A DNA stretch of 64,000 nt from a virus (Duplodnaviria; Caudoviricetes): the IMG/VR virus record IMGVR_UViG_3300025316_001101. The stretch is one strand, 5' to 3'. A program made the position numbers and the translations under genes. Every line of letters starts with the position of its first letter. The first letter of the stretch is position 1. The notes below the pieces were generated by a model. That model saw only the letters and a list, made by a program, of their open reading frames with translations, did no database searches and was not told the DNA's origin. Of the stretch, positions 1-7,729 are shown one piece after another.

Positions 1-121
1 CCGAATTTCCACTCGGGGAGTATCTTCTAACATTGGCAATACCTGGGCTACACACACATTAATGCTCCTGAATCCATCCTACAGATACATTATTGTAGTA
101 CAAACCCCGATCCATGTAAAC

Positions 122-155
122 AAAAAAAGCCCACCCGGCTCTGCCGGGTGGGCTT
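122..155 (-). terminator. Rho-independent terminator (GCCCACCCGGC family)
   Basis: 13-bp stem aagcccacccggc/gccgggtgggctt; A7 on + gives a U7 tail on -. Confidence 0.8.
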
Positions 156-355
156 CGTGTATTAAAGGTAGAGTCACAACTAGGAACTTGCTACTCAGTC
201 TCGGTTGCCCTTTGTTTTTGTTTTTTTCCCAAGCTATTGAACTTAATAATTTGAAGCTGGGATGAACATGTAACTTTCGGGGCCTATGAACTGAAGGCCG
301 ACATTAAAGTAATTGGTCAAATTGACCGGACTCTACCCCCCCCCATCCCTGTTGG

Positions 356-883
356 CTAAGCCAACAGTTCAGGATCGACCGGAAAACCGGTCTTGTTACC
401 TACTAGGACGCCCTTCAAATTGGCTTGGGCAATAGCGTTTTTGATGGCAGTTGTATAACTGCTGCTCGTCACCGCCCGCTTCATCGCCTCATTGATAGTA
501 ATCGTCCGTCGAGCATACTCTTGTTCTTTGCTTCGAGCCATCTCTCGTCTGGAATAACCGAATGGATCGTGCGTGTCGTTGGTCGCTTGTCGCCACATGT
601 TTTCGACTCGGCTCGCTCCGTCCTTCAACTTGATAGCCAAGGCCAACGTCATTTGCTTGCCCATGATAATAACCGGCACTTGCTGGTTGTACCATTCCTG
701 CAATGCTTGCAGGGTGCAAACTTTTTCATTCGCCTTCTCGTAGTTCTTCACCACTTCGTCTGGAGGCGATTTTTCTTCGCCCTCAAAAGCCGTCAAGCAA
801 TTGGTAAACTGTTGCTCTGCAACATGACGTTCGAGATTTGCCCGTGTCAGAGCATCTCTAAGTTGGTAACCATTTACTTCCAT
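356..883 (-). CDS. hypothetical protein (175 aa, helical)
   Basis: Long ORF with SD-like GGAG upstream and its own sigma70-type promoter. Confidence 0.75.
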   Translation of the reverse strand: MEVNGYQLRDALTRANLERHVAEQQFTNCLTAFEGEEKSPPDEVVKNYEKANEKVCTLQALQEWYNQQVPVIIMGKQMTLALAIKLKDGASRVENMWRQATNDTHDPFGYSRREMARSKEQEYARRTITINEAMKRAVTSSSYTTAIKNAIAQANLKGVLVGNKTGFPVDPELLA

Positions 884-916
884 AACTTCACTCCTGTGTG
901 TTTGGTAGCCATTAGG

Positions 917-944
917 ATTATACGGAGAAAATCCGAAAAGTCAA
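917..944 (-). promoter_or_regulatory. sigma70-type promoter TTGACT-N16-TATAAT
   Basis: attata 917-922 and agtcaa 939-944 on +, upstream of ORF 356-883. Confidence 0.7.
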
Positions 945-966
945 TGGCCATGATGATCAAAAAAAA

Positions 967-1037
967 TGCGGCCGACAAGGATATGGGGTAGTCTTTACGT
1001 CTTTACTTGATGTAGACCACTCCTGCATTCGGCCGCA
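967..1037 (-). ncRNA. Y-RNA-like unit A (short type)
   Basis: 9-bp terminal stem UGCGGCCGA/UCGGCCGCA; GAAUGC...GGUCUACAU...GACUAC...CUUGUC core. Confidence 0.75.
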
Positions 1038-1046
1038 ATACTGCTG

Positions 1047-1124
1047 CGTGGTAGACCTTTGATGGACCTTGCATCTATCCCATTGGATACGCCATCAGAG
1101 GTGGCCACTCCCACCCTATGGTGG
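1047..1124 (-). ncRNA. structured RNA J1 (array-associated)
   Basis: 10-bp hairpin 1056-1065/1092-1101; shares AUAGGGU and GGUCUAC with J2. Confidence 0.4.
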
Positions 1125-1132
1125 TTATATTT

Positions 1133-1192
1133 TGGCTCGACAAAGAGTGACAAGTCTTTGTTATTGATGTAGACCAGTCGGCATTCGAGCCA
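1133..1192 (-). ncRNA. Y-RNA-like unit B (short type)
   Basis: 8-bp stem UGGCUCGA/UCGAGCCA; GAAUGC, GGUCUACAUC, UUUGUC. Confidence 0.75.
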
Positions 1193-1205
1193 TTTGTATT
1201 TACTG

Positions 1206-1333
1206 TTTTGGATTTTAATCTTACCAGACAAAAATCGTAAAGTCTATTGTACTGGGAACATTTAACCCAGTATCTCCGATTGATGGTGGGGATGTAAACC
1301 TTACAAGCATTCTGGTAAGATTGAAATCCAAAA
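1206..1333 (-). ncRNA. Y-RNA-like unit C (long stem, expanded loop)
   Basis: 23-bp terminal stem with one G-U; GAAUGC, GGUUUACAUC, UUUGUC; internal hairpin UACUGGG/CCCAGUA. Confidence 0.7.
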
Positions 1334-1340
1334 TAAAAAG

Positions 1341-1499
1341 TGTGGGTGCCGGGAATTTCACCCAGACCAACGATTTGAAAATGTAGTCCCATCCTGCATT
1401 CGATCTAAACATTCTTTTGCAAGAACATTTGGATTGACAAGGGACGGCGAGACGAACAGCCTTTCGGCATTCGCTGTGCTGATGTTACACTACACCCAC
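1341..1499 (-). ncRNA. YrlA-type tRNA-mimic Y RNA, unit D
   Basis: Acceptor GUGGGUG/CACCCAC+A, D arm GUGU/GCAC, T arm CUGGG-UGAAAUU-CCCGG; anticodon arm replaced by a CUUGUC-hairpin-GAAUGC module. Confidence 0.8.
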
Positions 1500-1522
1500 A
1501 TAAATTTTCAAAAAACAAAAAA

Positions 1523-1597
1523 TAGAAACCTGACAAGAAAACGGCGTAGTCATTTTCATTAATAGTGATGTAGACCACTCCTGCATTCAGGTTTCTA
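1523..1597 (-). ncRNA. Y-RNA-like unit E (short type)
   Basis: 11-bp stem UAGAAACCUGA/UCAGGUUUCUA; core GAAUGCAGGAGUGGUCUACAUCA identical to unit A. Confidence 0.75.
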
Positions 1598-1599
1598 AG

Positions 1600-1767
1600 T
1601 GTCGAGGCCAGGAGTCGCACCTGGACTGGTACTTCCAAAAAGTAAATGTAGTCCCATCCTGCATTCAATCTAAACATTCTTTTGCAAGAATATTTAGATA
1701 GACAAGGGGCGGCGAGACGAACAGCCACCTTGCGGTGGCAAACCGTGCTTCTAAACACTCCCTCGAC
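1600..1767 (-). ncRNA. YrlA-type tRNA-mimic Y RNA, unit F
   Basis: Acceptor GUCGAGG/CCUCGAC+A, D arm, T arm CCAGG-UGCGACU-CCUGG; central module nearly identical to unit D. Confidence 0.8.
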
Positions 1768-1790
1768 AATAAAATTTCAAAGATCAAAAA

Positions 1791-1870
1791 TCAAAATTAA
1801 AACCAGACAAGGGTTCGATAGTCGTCATTTTTCCGATGTAGACCATCTGGCATTCTGGTTTTAATTTTGA
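1791..1870 (-). ncRNA. Y-RNA-like unit G (short type)
   Basis: Perfect 17-bp terminal stem; GAAUGCCAGAUGGUCUACAU...GACUAUCGAACCCUUGUC. Confidence 0.75.
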
Positions 1871-1935
1871 GTCCGACAAGGGTTCGATAGTCGTCACGTT
1901 TTTGATAATGTAGACCATCTGGCATTCGGACTCAA
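1867..1935 (-). ncRNA. Y-RNA-like unit H (short type)
   Basis: 10-bp stem UUGAGUCCGA/UCGGACUCAA; core shared with unit G but a different stem sequence. Confidence 0.75.
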
Positions 1936-1936
1936 G

Positions 1937-2065
1937 AGTTGAAGATGGGATTTGCACCCATAACCTACTGGTTGGATGTAGTTCCAACTACATTTGGGTT
2001 TTAAGGCCCAACAAGGAACGCTGAAACGTTTTGCCGGTCGCTCTATCTAATTGAGCTACTTCAAC
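1937..2065 (-). ncRNA. YrlA-type tRNA-mimic Y RNA, unit I
   Basis: Acceptor GUUGAAG/CUUCAAC, canonical D arm UAGCUCAAUUAGAUAGAGC, T arm AUGGG-UGCAAAU-CCCAU; divergent CUUGUU/AAAUGU module and ACUACAU. Confidence 0.75.
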
Positions 2066-2069
2066 TTAT

Positions 2070-2128
2070 TGTGTAGACCCGCTTCTAATTCCTTTCGGAA
2101 CTAGCCTACCCTATAGGCCGTCCACACA
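2070..2128 (-). ncRNA. structured RNA J2 (array-associated)
   Basis: Closing stem UGUGUGGAC/GUCUACACA; inner CUAGUUCC-GAAA-GGAAUUAG hairpin. Confidence 0.45.
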
Positions 2129-2185
2129 CAGGTTGCCAAGTTATCCCCAGTTCTTGGCTGTAAATTGCTGGGGCAATGTACTCTT

Positions 2186-2213
2186 GATCGCCCGGCCCTG
2201 CGGCCGGGCGATC
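2186..2213 (-). other. 12-bp GC hairpin without U-tract between Ro60 gene and RNA array
   Basis: gatcgcccggcc-ctgc-ggccgggcgatc; no U run on the minus strand. Confidence 0.6.
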
Positions 2214-2224
2214 CCACACTTTAT

Positions 2225-3934
2225 TTACTCGGCTGCCGATTCCTCGACAACTTCTTCTACAACCGGAGCCGCCGAAGCGTCGTCCAGGCTGACATTTTCA
2301 ATCACCTTGACCCAGTGATCCGCATCGTCGCCGCCTTCCATGAATCCGGCAATAACCTGGAACACTTGATCACTGAAGCCACCCACCTGGAGGATGTCCT
2401 GGTGCTGCTTCACTTGGCTGCTTCCCCTCGGGGTGAGGTCGATACAAACCAACTTTGCCCGTGGATTACGCTTCTTGAACGTCTGCCACTCGGTCATCAA
2501 GCCAGTTGCATTACCATAGGCATAACTGTAACCGCTGTCAACCCAACTTTCGTTGTCGCTGATGAAGACTACAAGGTCGCCCTTTGCCTTCTTTGCATTC
2601 AGTTCTGCCAATGGCAAGCTGCAATTCGTTCCACCACCACCATAACGAGCCAACTTTTGCGCATTCGTCATGATGCTGTCCCTCGAATTCAAGTCGTGCT
2701 TGTAGGTTCGAGTGTCGAACGGAATTACATTTGCCTGCTCGTTAGTACGCAACATGGTCACAGCGAACAGGGCCGCTACGTCCACGCACGAAACCGCCGA
2801 AGATGCACCCATTCGGTATCCCGTTGCCGGGCTACTCATTGAGCCTGAAGTATCGACGCAGACATACATTTCGCCGGAAATCTTCGGCACATTTTGTACC
2901 GCAATTTCCATTGCGTCCTGCAACGCCAAACTAATCTGAGTCGGTACGCCAGTCGCCGCCTTGAAAGCCATCAGCAGTTGGTACGGGAATACCCGTGCCC
3001 GCTCAATTTGCTTCTTGTCACGGAGACGTTCAGCAATAATCTGAACCAATTCCGGGTCACTCAATACGTCGTGTCGCTGGAAGGTGTTCAAATTCATTCT
3101 CGTCATCTGCCACGGGGCAGTACGAGCAATTTGCTTCCACTCGGCTGGGCCGATGCCCAACGAGTCCAACATACGGAAATCAACCCTCGGCACAGTGCCT
3201 TCCTTGGTCCGCTTGTAATTTTCGTAATCCTGCACCAACTGCGGAAGCAGGCTATAATCATGTTCGTAGCAAACGCCTTGAGCGTTTACATATACTTCGC
3301 CATTCTTAGCCAAAGTTACGAGCTTACCGTTGCGAACTTCCGCACCCTTGAGGTATGCGAACATCGCAGCCTTAGCTTCACTGGACGGACGTGGCCGTGC
3401 CATACGAAGAATGTCACGCATGGTCGGATCGTTACCGATAGACGCCTTGAACAAAGCTTCGCCGTTCATACGGTCGAACCAATCACGGATTGCGTGCTTG
3501 ATCGCCCACGAAGTCATATTGATCGGCTTACCGGTGATGGCACCACTACGGCCCATCTGAATAAAGTTTCGCAGCATCTTACCATTGTCGATTACTCGAC
3601 GGAAGACCTTACGGAACAACTTCGGATCGATCTGCGACAATACAACCGTCAAGAACGCTGGCATGTCCTTCATGTATGCCTTGTCACGGCAATAGACCGC
3701 AGTCTTCGCCAGGAACAACGGATCGTCAATCAATGCTTGCGCAGCATCCTTGGCAATCTTTAGATTGTCTTCGGCAGATACGTAGTAAGTGCCGTTGAAG
3801 CAGTTAGTCGCTGCAATTTGAGCCAGCGCATGCTTCGAGGAAAATGAATACGCCTTGCCACCAGCCGCATTAACGGTATCCGCTACCGGTGCAATCGGGG
3901 TACGCTGAGACGCAAAAAGGTTCTTGTTAGCCAT
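2225..3934 (-). CDS. rsr: Ro60/Rsr RNA-binding protein (TROVE + vWA)
   Basis: N-AGG-AY start, ARTAPWQMTRMNLNTF-RH, RVFPYQLL-A, vWA DTSGSM and GGGTNCS motifs; acidic tail. Confidence 0.95.
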   Translation of the reverse strand: MANKNLFASQRTPIAPVADTVNAAGGKAYSFSSKHALAQIAATNCFNGTYYVSAEDNLKIAKDAAQALIDDPLFLAKTAVYCRDKAYMKDMPAFLTVVLSQIDPKLFRKVFRRVIDNGKMLRNFIQMGRSGAITGKPINMTSWAIKHAIRDWFDRMNGEALFKASIGNDPTMRDILRMARPRPSSEAKAAMFAYLKGAEVRNGKLVTLAKNGEVYVNAQGVCYEHDYSLLPQLVQDYENYKRTKEGTVPRVDFRMLDSLGIGPAEWKQIARTAPWQMTRMNLNTFQRHDVLSDPELVQIIAERLRDKKQIERARVFPYQLLMAFKAATGVPTQISLALQDAMEIAVQNVPKISGEMYVCVDTSGSMSSPATGYRMGASSAVSCVDVAALFAVTMLRTNEQANVIPFDTRTYKHDLNSRDSIMTNAQKLARYGGGGTNCSLPLAELNAKKAKGDLVVFISDNESWVDSGYSYAYGNATGLMTEWQTFKKRNPRAKLVCIDLTPRGSSQVKQHQDILQVGGFSDQVFQVIAGFMEGGDDADHWVKVIENVSLDDASAAPVVEEVVEESAAE

Positions 3935-4021
3935 AATATAGCTCCTTTCATCACTTCGTTGTTATTTAAGGCTTCGTTGCCACGCTTGGACAAACGTGAC
4001 ATTTATTCCTTGGACTTAGGT

Positions 4022-4049
4022 ATTATACGTAGCCTTTTTAGAAAGTCAA
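4022..4049 (-). promoter_or_regulatory. sigma70-type promoter TTGACT-N16-TATAAT for rsr
   Basis: attata 4022-4027 and agtcaa 4044-4049 on +. Confidence 0.7.
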
Positions 4050-4092
4050 CACCCTAAACATTATTTTTCCGAAACTCATTCCTGATGACGTA

Positions 4093-4121
4093 ATTATACT
4101 CTGGCCTAAACCACTTGTAAA
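4093..4121 (-). promoter_or_regulatory. second sigma70-type promoter TTTACA-N17-TATAAT for rsr
   Basis: attata 4093-4098 and tgtaaa 4116-4121 on +. Confidence 0.6.
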
Positions 4122-4261
4122 CTACTCACTGAAATATTCCCTACAACGCTGCAAACTAGACCATGACCAACTATGCTGCCAAGCAATTTCCCAACATAGA
4201 CCAATAGAAAAATCCTTGGACATCATCGTGCTATTCATCAAAAAAGACCGTCTGACTATTT

Positions 4262-4453
4262 TCATTCAGTCGGCTTCGGCGGCTGTGTATCGTTCCGATG
4301 AATTGCATCGAAAACTTCACGACGATGGACAGGAACTTCCTTGGGGGCCTCAATGGCAAGACGCACCTTATCACCCCTGATATCTACAACCGTAACCATA
4401 ATGTCGTCATTGATAACAATACTTTCATTCATCTTTCTGCTCAATACCAACAT
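4262..4453 (-). CDS. csrA: carbon storage regulator CsrA
   Basis: MLVLSRK-NESIVI-DDI-VTVV-IRGDKVRL-IEAPKEV-VHRRE; start reassigned to ATG 4453 with GGAG SD. Confidence 0.95.
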   Translation of the reverse strand: MLVLSRKMNESIVINDDIMVTVVDIRGDKVRLAIEAPKEVPVHRREVFDAIHRNDTQPPKPTE

Positions 4454-4532
4454 GTCATTCTCCTCCTGATTAAGCTTGCCCATTTCCATACTTTTACCAT
4501 AAATGCATGGTTTTGGCAAGCGTGATTTTCGT

Positions 4533-4748
4533 CTACTCTATGGGCACAAAAATAACTGGTGGGGATTTCCGTGTAGATTCTGGAGCGTCCCCTTTGATAG
4601 AATTCCACAAAGCTGCTTCCAAATCGGGGACCGCCCGTACAGACGAACATCCAGGGCAGTCACAAATCCAAGGAGTGCCAGCATTGTAGGCATCCATCAT
4701 ATGCATAGCCGCTACAAGATGCATTGCTGCATTCATTTCAATATCCAT
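4533..4748 (-). CDS. hypothetical protein
   Basis: ORF tiles with neighbours; CxCxxC motif. Confidence 0.6.
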   Translation of the reverse strand: MDIEMNAAMHLVAAMHMMDAYNAGTPWICDCPGCSSVRAVPDLEAALWNSIKGDAPESTRKSPPVIFVPIE

Positions 4749-5247
4749 AATATGGGGTGTAGCAATTATTGAAAAATACGTTATACGCTCGATTGATAGC
4801 TGTTGCTTGAGCGTATCCTATCCAATCAGGATTTTGATTATAATAAGTAGGTCTACGACTCATACTCATTCGCTTTTGTCGGATCAAAATGTTTTGAAAA
4901 TCATCAATCCTCTTCCTGATTGTTCGGATCTCTTTCAAAATTTCCTTCTTTTGATCTGGATCTTCTGTTTCCGCCAATTCAATCAACTTGTCTTGAATCT
5001 GATCTCTCAAAGCAAAAACCATGTCCACTGTTACCGAACCCTGTTCGGCATTAAATTGCGGTGTAGTTGCCGTAGTGCCTGTTGATGATCCATCAACATA
5101 TCGCATATCCCCAACGCCACAACGACCAGTGGTACATTTGCCATTTGCACACTGAGAATTTTTAGGAGTCATCGGGGCATCTACATATTTCATATCATCG
5201 TCAACAGTTGCACCAAGCAAAACCAATGCTAGAAACATCGTATTCAT
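4738..5247 (-). CDS. hypothetical secreted protein
   Basis: Hydrophobic N-terminus, coiled-coil middle; overlaps neighbours. Confidence 0.65.
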   Translation of the reverse strand: MNTMFLALVLLGATVDDDMKYVDAPMTPKNSQCANGKCTTGRCGVGDMRYVDGSSTGTTATTPQFNAEQGSVTVDMVFALRDQIQDKLIELAETEDPDQKKEILKEIRTIRKRIDDFQNILIRQKRMSMSRRPTYYNQNPDWIGYAQATAINRAYNVFFNNCYTPYYGY

Positions 5248-5429
5248 TTTCGTCTTTCTGCATACTTGTTTGTCAACTCTATAATTTTTTCTTTTCGCCG
5301 TTTTCCGTTCAATTCTTCAAGCAACTCTTCGGGATACATAGAAAAATAATTACCCCACCATCTCTGCATTTTGGATTCAAAGATCCGCCATCCCTTTCCT
5401 GGTTCTGCTTTGGCTACGTATCTTCGCAT
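5244..5429 (-). CDS. hypothetical protein
   Basis: Start overlaps the ligA stop; ATGA overlap with the next gene. Confidence 0.65.
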   Translation of the reverse strand: MRRYVAKAEPGKGWRIFESKMQRWWGNYFSMYPEELLEELNGKRRKEKIIELTNKYAERRK

Positions 5430-7675
5430 TACAACATTTTCTTGAGGGCATCAACGTCGATAATCGGGATATTCAATTCCTTGGCCTTATCACTCTTAGC
5501 ACCGGAGCCATCGCCTGCTACCAAGAAACTAATCTTCTTACTCACACTGCTATGGCATTTGCCACCAAGAGCTTCGATCTGCTCCTCCCAGTGTCGCTTG
5601 CCTTCATCAAATCCACCCGACACACAGAAATTCTTGCCAGTCAACTTGCCAACCTTGGGAGACTCCAATTCCACATGTTCCAACAGAGCATCCAATTCCT
5701 TGTGGTGATCACCCAAATAATCGTAGACAATATGTGCTGTTTTCGCACCAACACCCTCCACGGCTTCCAACTCGGCTTCGGTCGCACTACGAATTTTATC
5801 AAAATTTCCGAAATGGTCAACCAAAGCCTTGCCTGCCGACTTTCCAGCAGTCTCAATCCCAAGTGCCGCAAAGAACAGAGCGGCAGAGATCTTCTTCTTG
5901 TGTTTACAAGCCGCAGCAATCTTGTCGGCCAATTCACCATCATCTTCGATCTTTTCCGGGTGATCAATTCCATGAATTGTGCCCACGATCAATAAAGCCT
6001 GCCGCAAACTAAGATCGGAACGATTTACAATCTCAGATTGACTAAGATTATAAAAATCAGCACGATTCTTTACACCTACCGCAATCAACTGTTCCATCTT
6101 GGATTCGCCAATACCAAGCACGCCAAGAGTAGCAAAATAGTGACAGAATCCAGTGATCTGTTTGGCCGGGCAATAATCACTGTAACAAAACAATTCCCAC
6201 ATTTCTTCTCGACCACCACTCGCTGGAGTGTGTTCAAGTGTAGTGATACCACCACAACTTGGACACGTCTTTGGATATTCCGGCGTGCCCTTACATTGAT
6301 CACTGACAACTCCAACCACCTTGGGAATAATATTTCCCGCCTTCAAAACTCTGATGGTTGTTCCAACATCAATTTTATTGCGGATCATATAACCCGCATT
6401 ATGCAATGTTGCACGACCAACATCTGTATCTGCCAACCGTACCTTGTCTTTGAAAATAGCAACAGGCTTAATCACCCCAGTGCGGCCAGTATTCCACTCC
6501 ACTGATTTGATAATCGGCTGCGCCTCTTCCTCGGCAAATTTCCAAGCAATTTTACCTTTGGGGTTTGCTGTGACTGCACTGCCATGCTTACCCAATTGTT
6601 CTTGAGCATCCAAATCGTTTACACAAATAACAATCCCATCAACCCGATAATCCAATTCAGAAACATGCTGTTCAAGCGTATCAAGCAGATAGAAGTTAAA
6701 AAGCGAAACACGAACGAATGGCACACCAAGCATTTGATTTACATACTTAGCCCGTTCAATCTCCGTTTTATACGAAGGCTGAGCAATACCTTCAATACCG
6801 TGGCCCATGAATGACAACCGATGATGTTCGGTCTTGGACGGATCAGTGATCTGTTTAATACCGCCCATCGCAGCAGCACGCTCATTAGCAAATTCTGGTT
6901 CGCCACATTTCTTCTTCCACGCCTGCACCTTCGGAAGATCGGCCCTTCTGATAATCAACTCGCCAGTAATACGACAAGTAATGGGCTCTTTTAATTGCTG
7001 AGGAATTGACTTAATGTATTTAACGTTCTCGGTCACGTCTTCCCCTTCAATGCCACGTCTCGGCCGCAGACCAGCCTTGACCAAAATCCCCTTCTCATAA
7101 TACAAACCAATTGCCACACCGTCCCATTTGTAAGACATGCAGAAATACTCACGGGGATATGTAAAAACTTTGCCGTTATATTTGCGCTCGGCAACATCCA
7201 CCTTCTTATCTTCTACTGGCTTAACCGTCACGGGATCAACCAAAACAATTTTCTTGGCAGACAAATCATAGACCGGACCCTTCTTGACGGCATCACTGGC
7301 CTCGGCTACACAGTCCTCCATCCATTTGAAAAGCATACCTTCCTTAACATCCAACTTTTCATGACTAGCCTTCTCAATAGAAGTCATGGGAGGATGATGC
7401 TTGACTTTCTTACCAACCGCATCGTCCTTACCGGCAGTAATATTGTCAAATACAGTAGAATTGGGCCGGTCGTCCTTCAACGCCTGCCGCATGAAATCAT
7501 AGCGAGGATCAGGAACAGGATGGACACGATCAAGCTTGAATTCTGTGACCAACCAATCCGGCGTACTGACAGGCAACATACAATCCTGCCCATCGTTGTA
7601 AAGTGAATCCAGGCAACCAATTACGGATTCCAATTCATCCAACTGATCGTTCGTATATTTCGTCTGTTTTGACAT
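5429..7675 (-). CDS. ligA: NAD-dependent DNA ligase
   Basis: KWDG adenylation motif, GEDVT-N, DGIV, AWKF, GRTG, ATLHN, C4 zinc finger, HhH repeats, BRCT. Confidence 0.95.
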   Translation of the reverse strand: MSKQTKYTNDQLDELESVIGCLDSLYNDGQDCMLPVSTPDWLVTEFKLDRVHPVPDPRYDFMRQALKDDRPNSTVFDNITAGKDDAVGKKVKHHPPMTSIEKASHEKLDVKEGMLFKWMEDCVAEASDAVKKGPVYDLSAKKIVLVDPVTVKPVEDKKVDVAERKYNGKVFTYPREYFCMSYKWDGVAIGLYYEKGILVKAGLRPRRGIEGEDVTENVKYIKSIPQQLKEPITCRITGELIIRRADLPKVQAWKKKCGEPEFANERAAAMGGIKQITDPSKTEHHRLSFMGHGIEGIAQPSYKTEIERAKYVNQMLGVPFVRVSLFNFYLLDTLEQHVSELDYRVDGIVICVNDLDAQEQLGKHGSAVTANPKGKIAWKFAEEEAQPIIKSVEWNTGRTGVIKPVAIFKDKVRLADTDVGRATLHNAGYMIRNKIDVGTTIRVLKAGNIIPKVVGVVSDQCKGTPEYPKTCPSCGGITTLEHTPASGGREEMWELFCYSDYCPAKQITGFCHYFATLGVLGIGESKMEQLIAVGVKNRADFYNLSQSEIVNRSDLSLRQALLIVGTIHGIDHPEKIEDDGELADKIAAACKHKKKISAALFFAALGIETAGKSAGKALVDHFGNFDKIRSATEAELEAVEGVGAKTAHIVYDYLGDHHKELDALLEHVELESPKVGKLTGKNFCVSGGFDEGKRHWEEQIEALGGKCHSSVSKKISFLVAGDGSGAKSDKAKELNIPIIDVDALKKML

Positions 7676-7696
7676 AGTTTCTCCCTTTCTGATAAC

Positions 7697-7725
7697 ATTA
7701 TACTATGATGATCGGCAGTTGTAAA
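7697..7725 (-). promoter_or_regulatory. sigma70-type promoter TTTACA-N17-TATAAT for ligA
   Basis: attata 7697-7702 and tgtaaa 7720-7725 on +. Confidence 0.65.
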
Positions 7726-7729
7726 CAAC

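Noticed and set aside
995-1987. Short ORFs across the array (995-1231, 1075-1392, 1221-1412, 1405-1758, 1784-1987)
   Set aside because: They overlap in different frames, lack SDs and merely translate the RNA repeats.
1341-2065. Canonical tRNA genes
   Set aside because: D, T and acceptor arms exist but there is no 7-nt anticodon loop; long Ro-type modules replace it.
967-2128. CRISPR array interpretation of the recurring gatgtagacca...gcattc motif
   Set aside because: Repeats are degenerate and unevenly spaced, intervening sequences form unit-specific stems, and no cas genes are in the window.
2165-3763. Long alternative ORFs over rsr (2165-2842, 2894-3763) and similar shadow ORFs over ligA, dnaE and prkA
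   Set aside because: They overlap well-supported genes, have no motifs and no SD.
3935-4015. Ro-binding autoregulatory site in the rsr leader
   Set aside because: It contains UUUGUC and a short hairpin but no properly placed GAAUGC partner strand; evidence is too weak.
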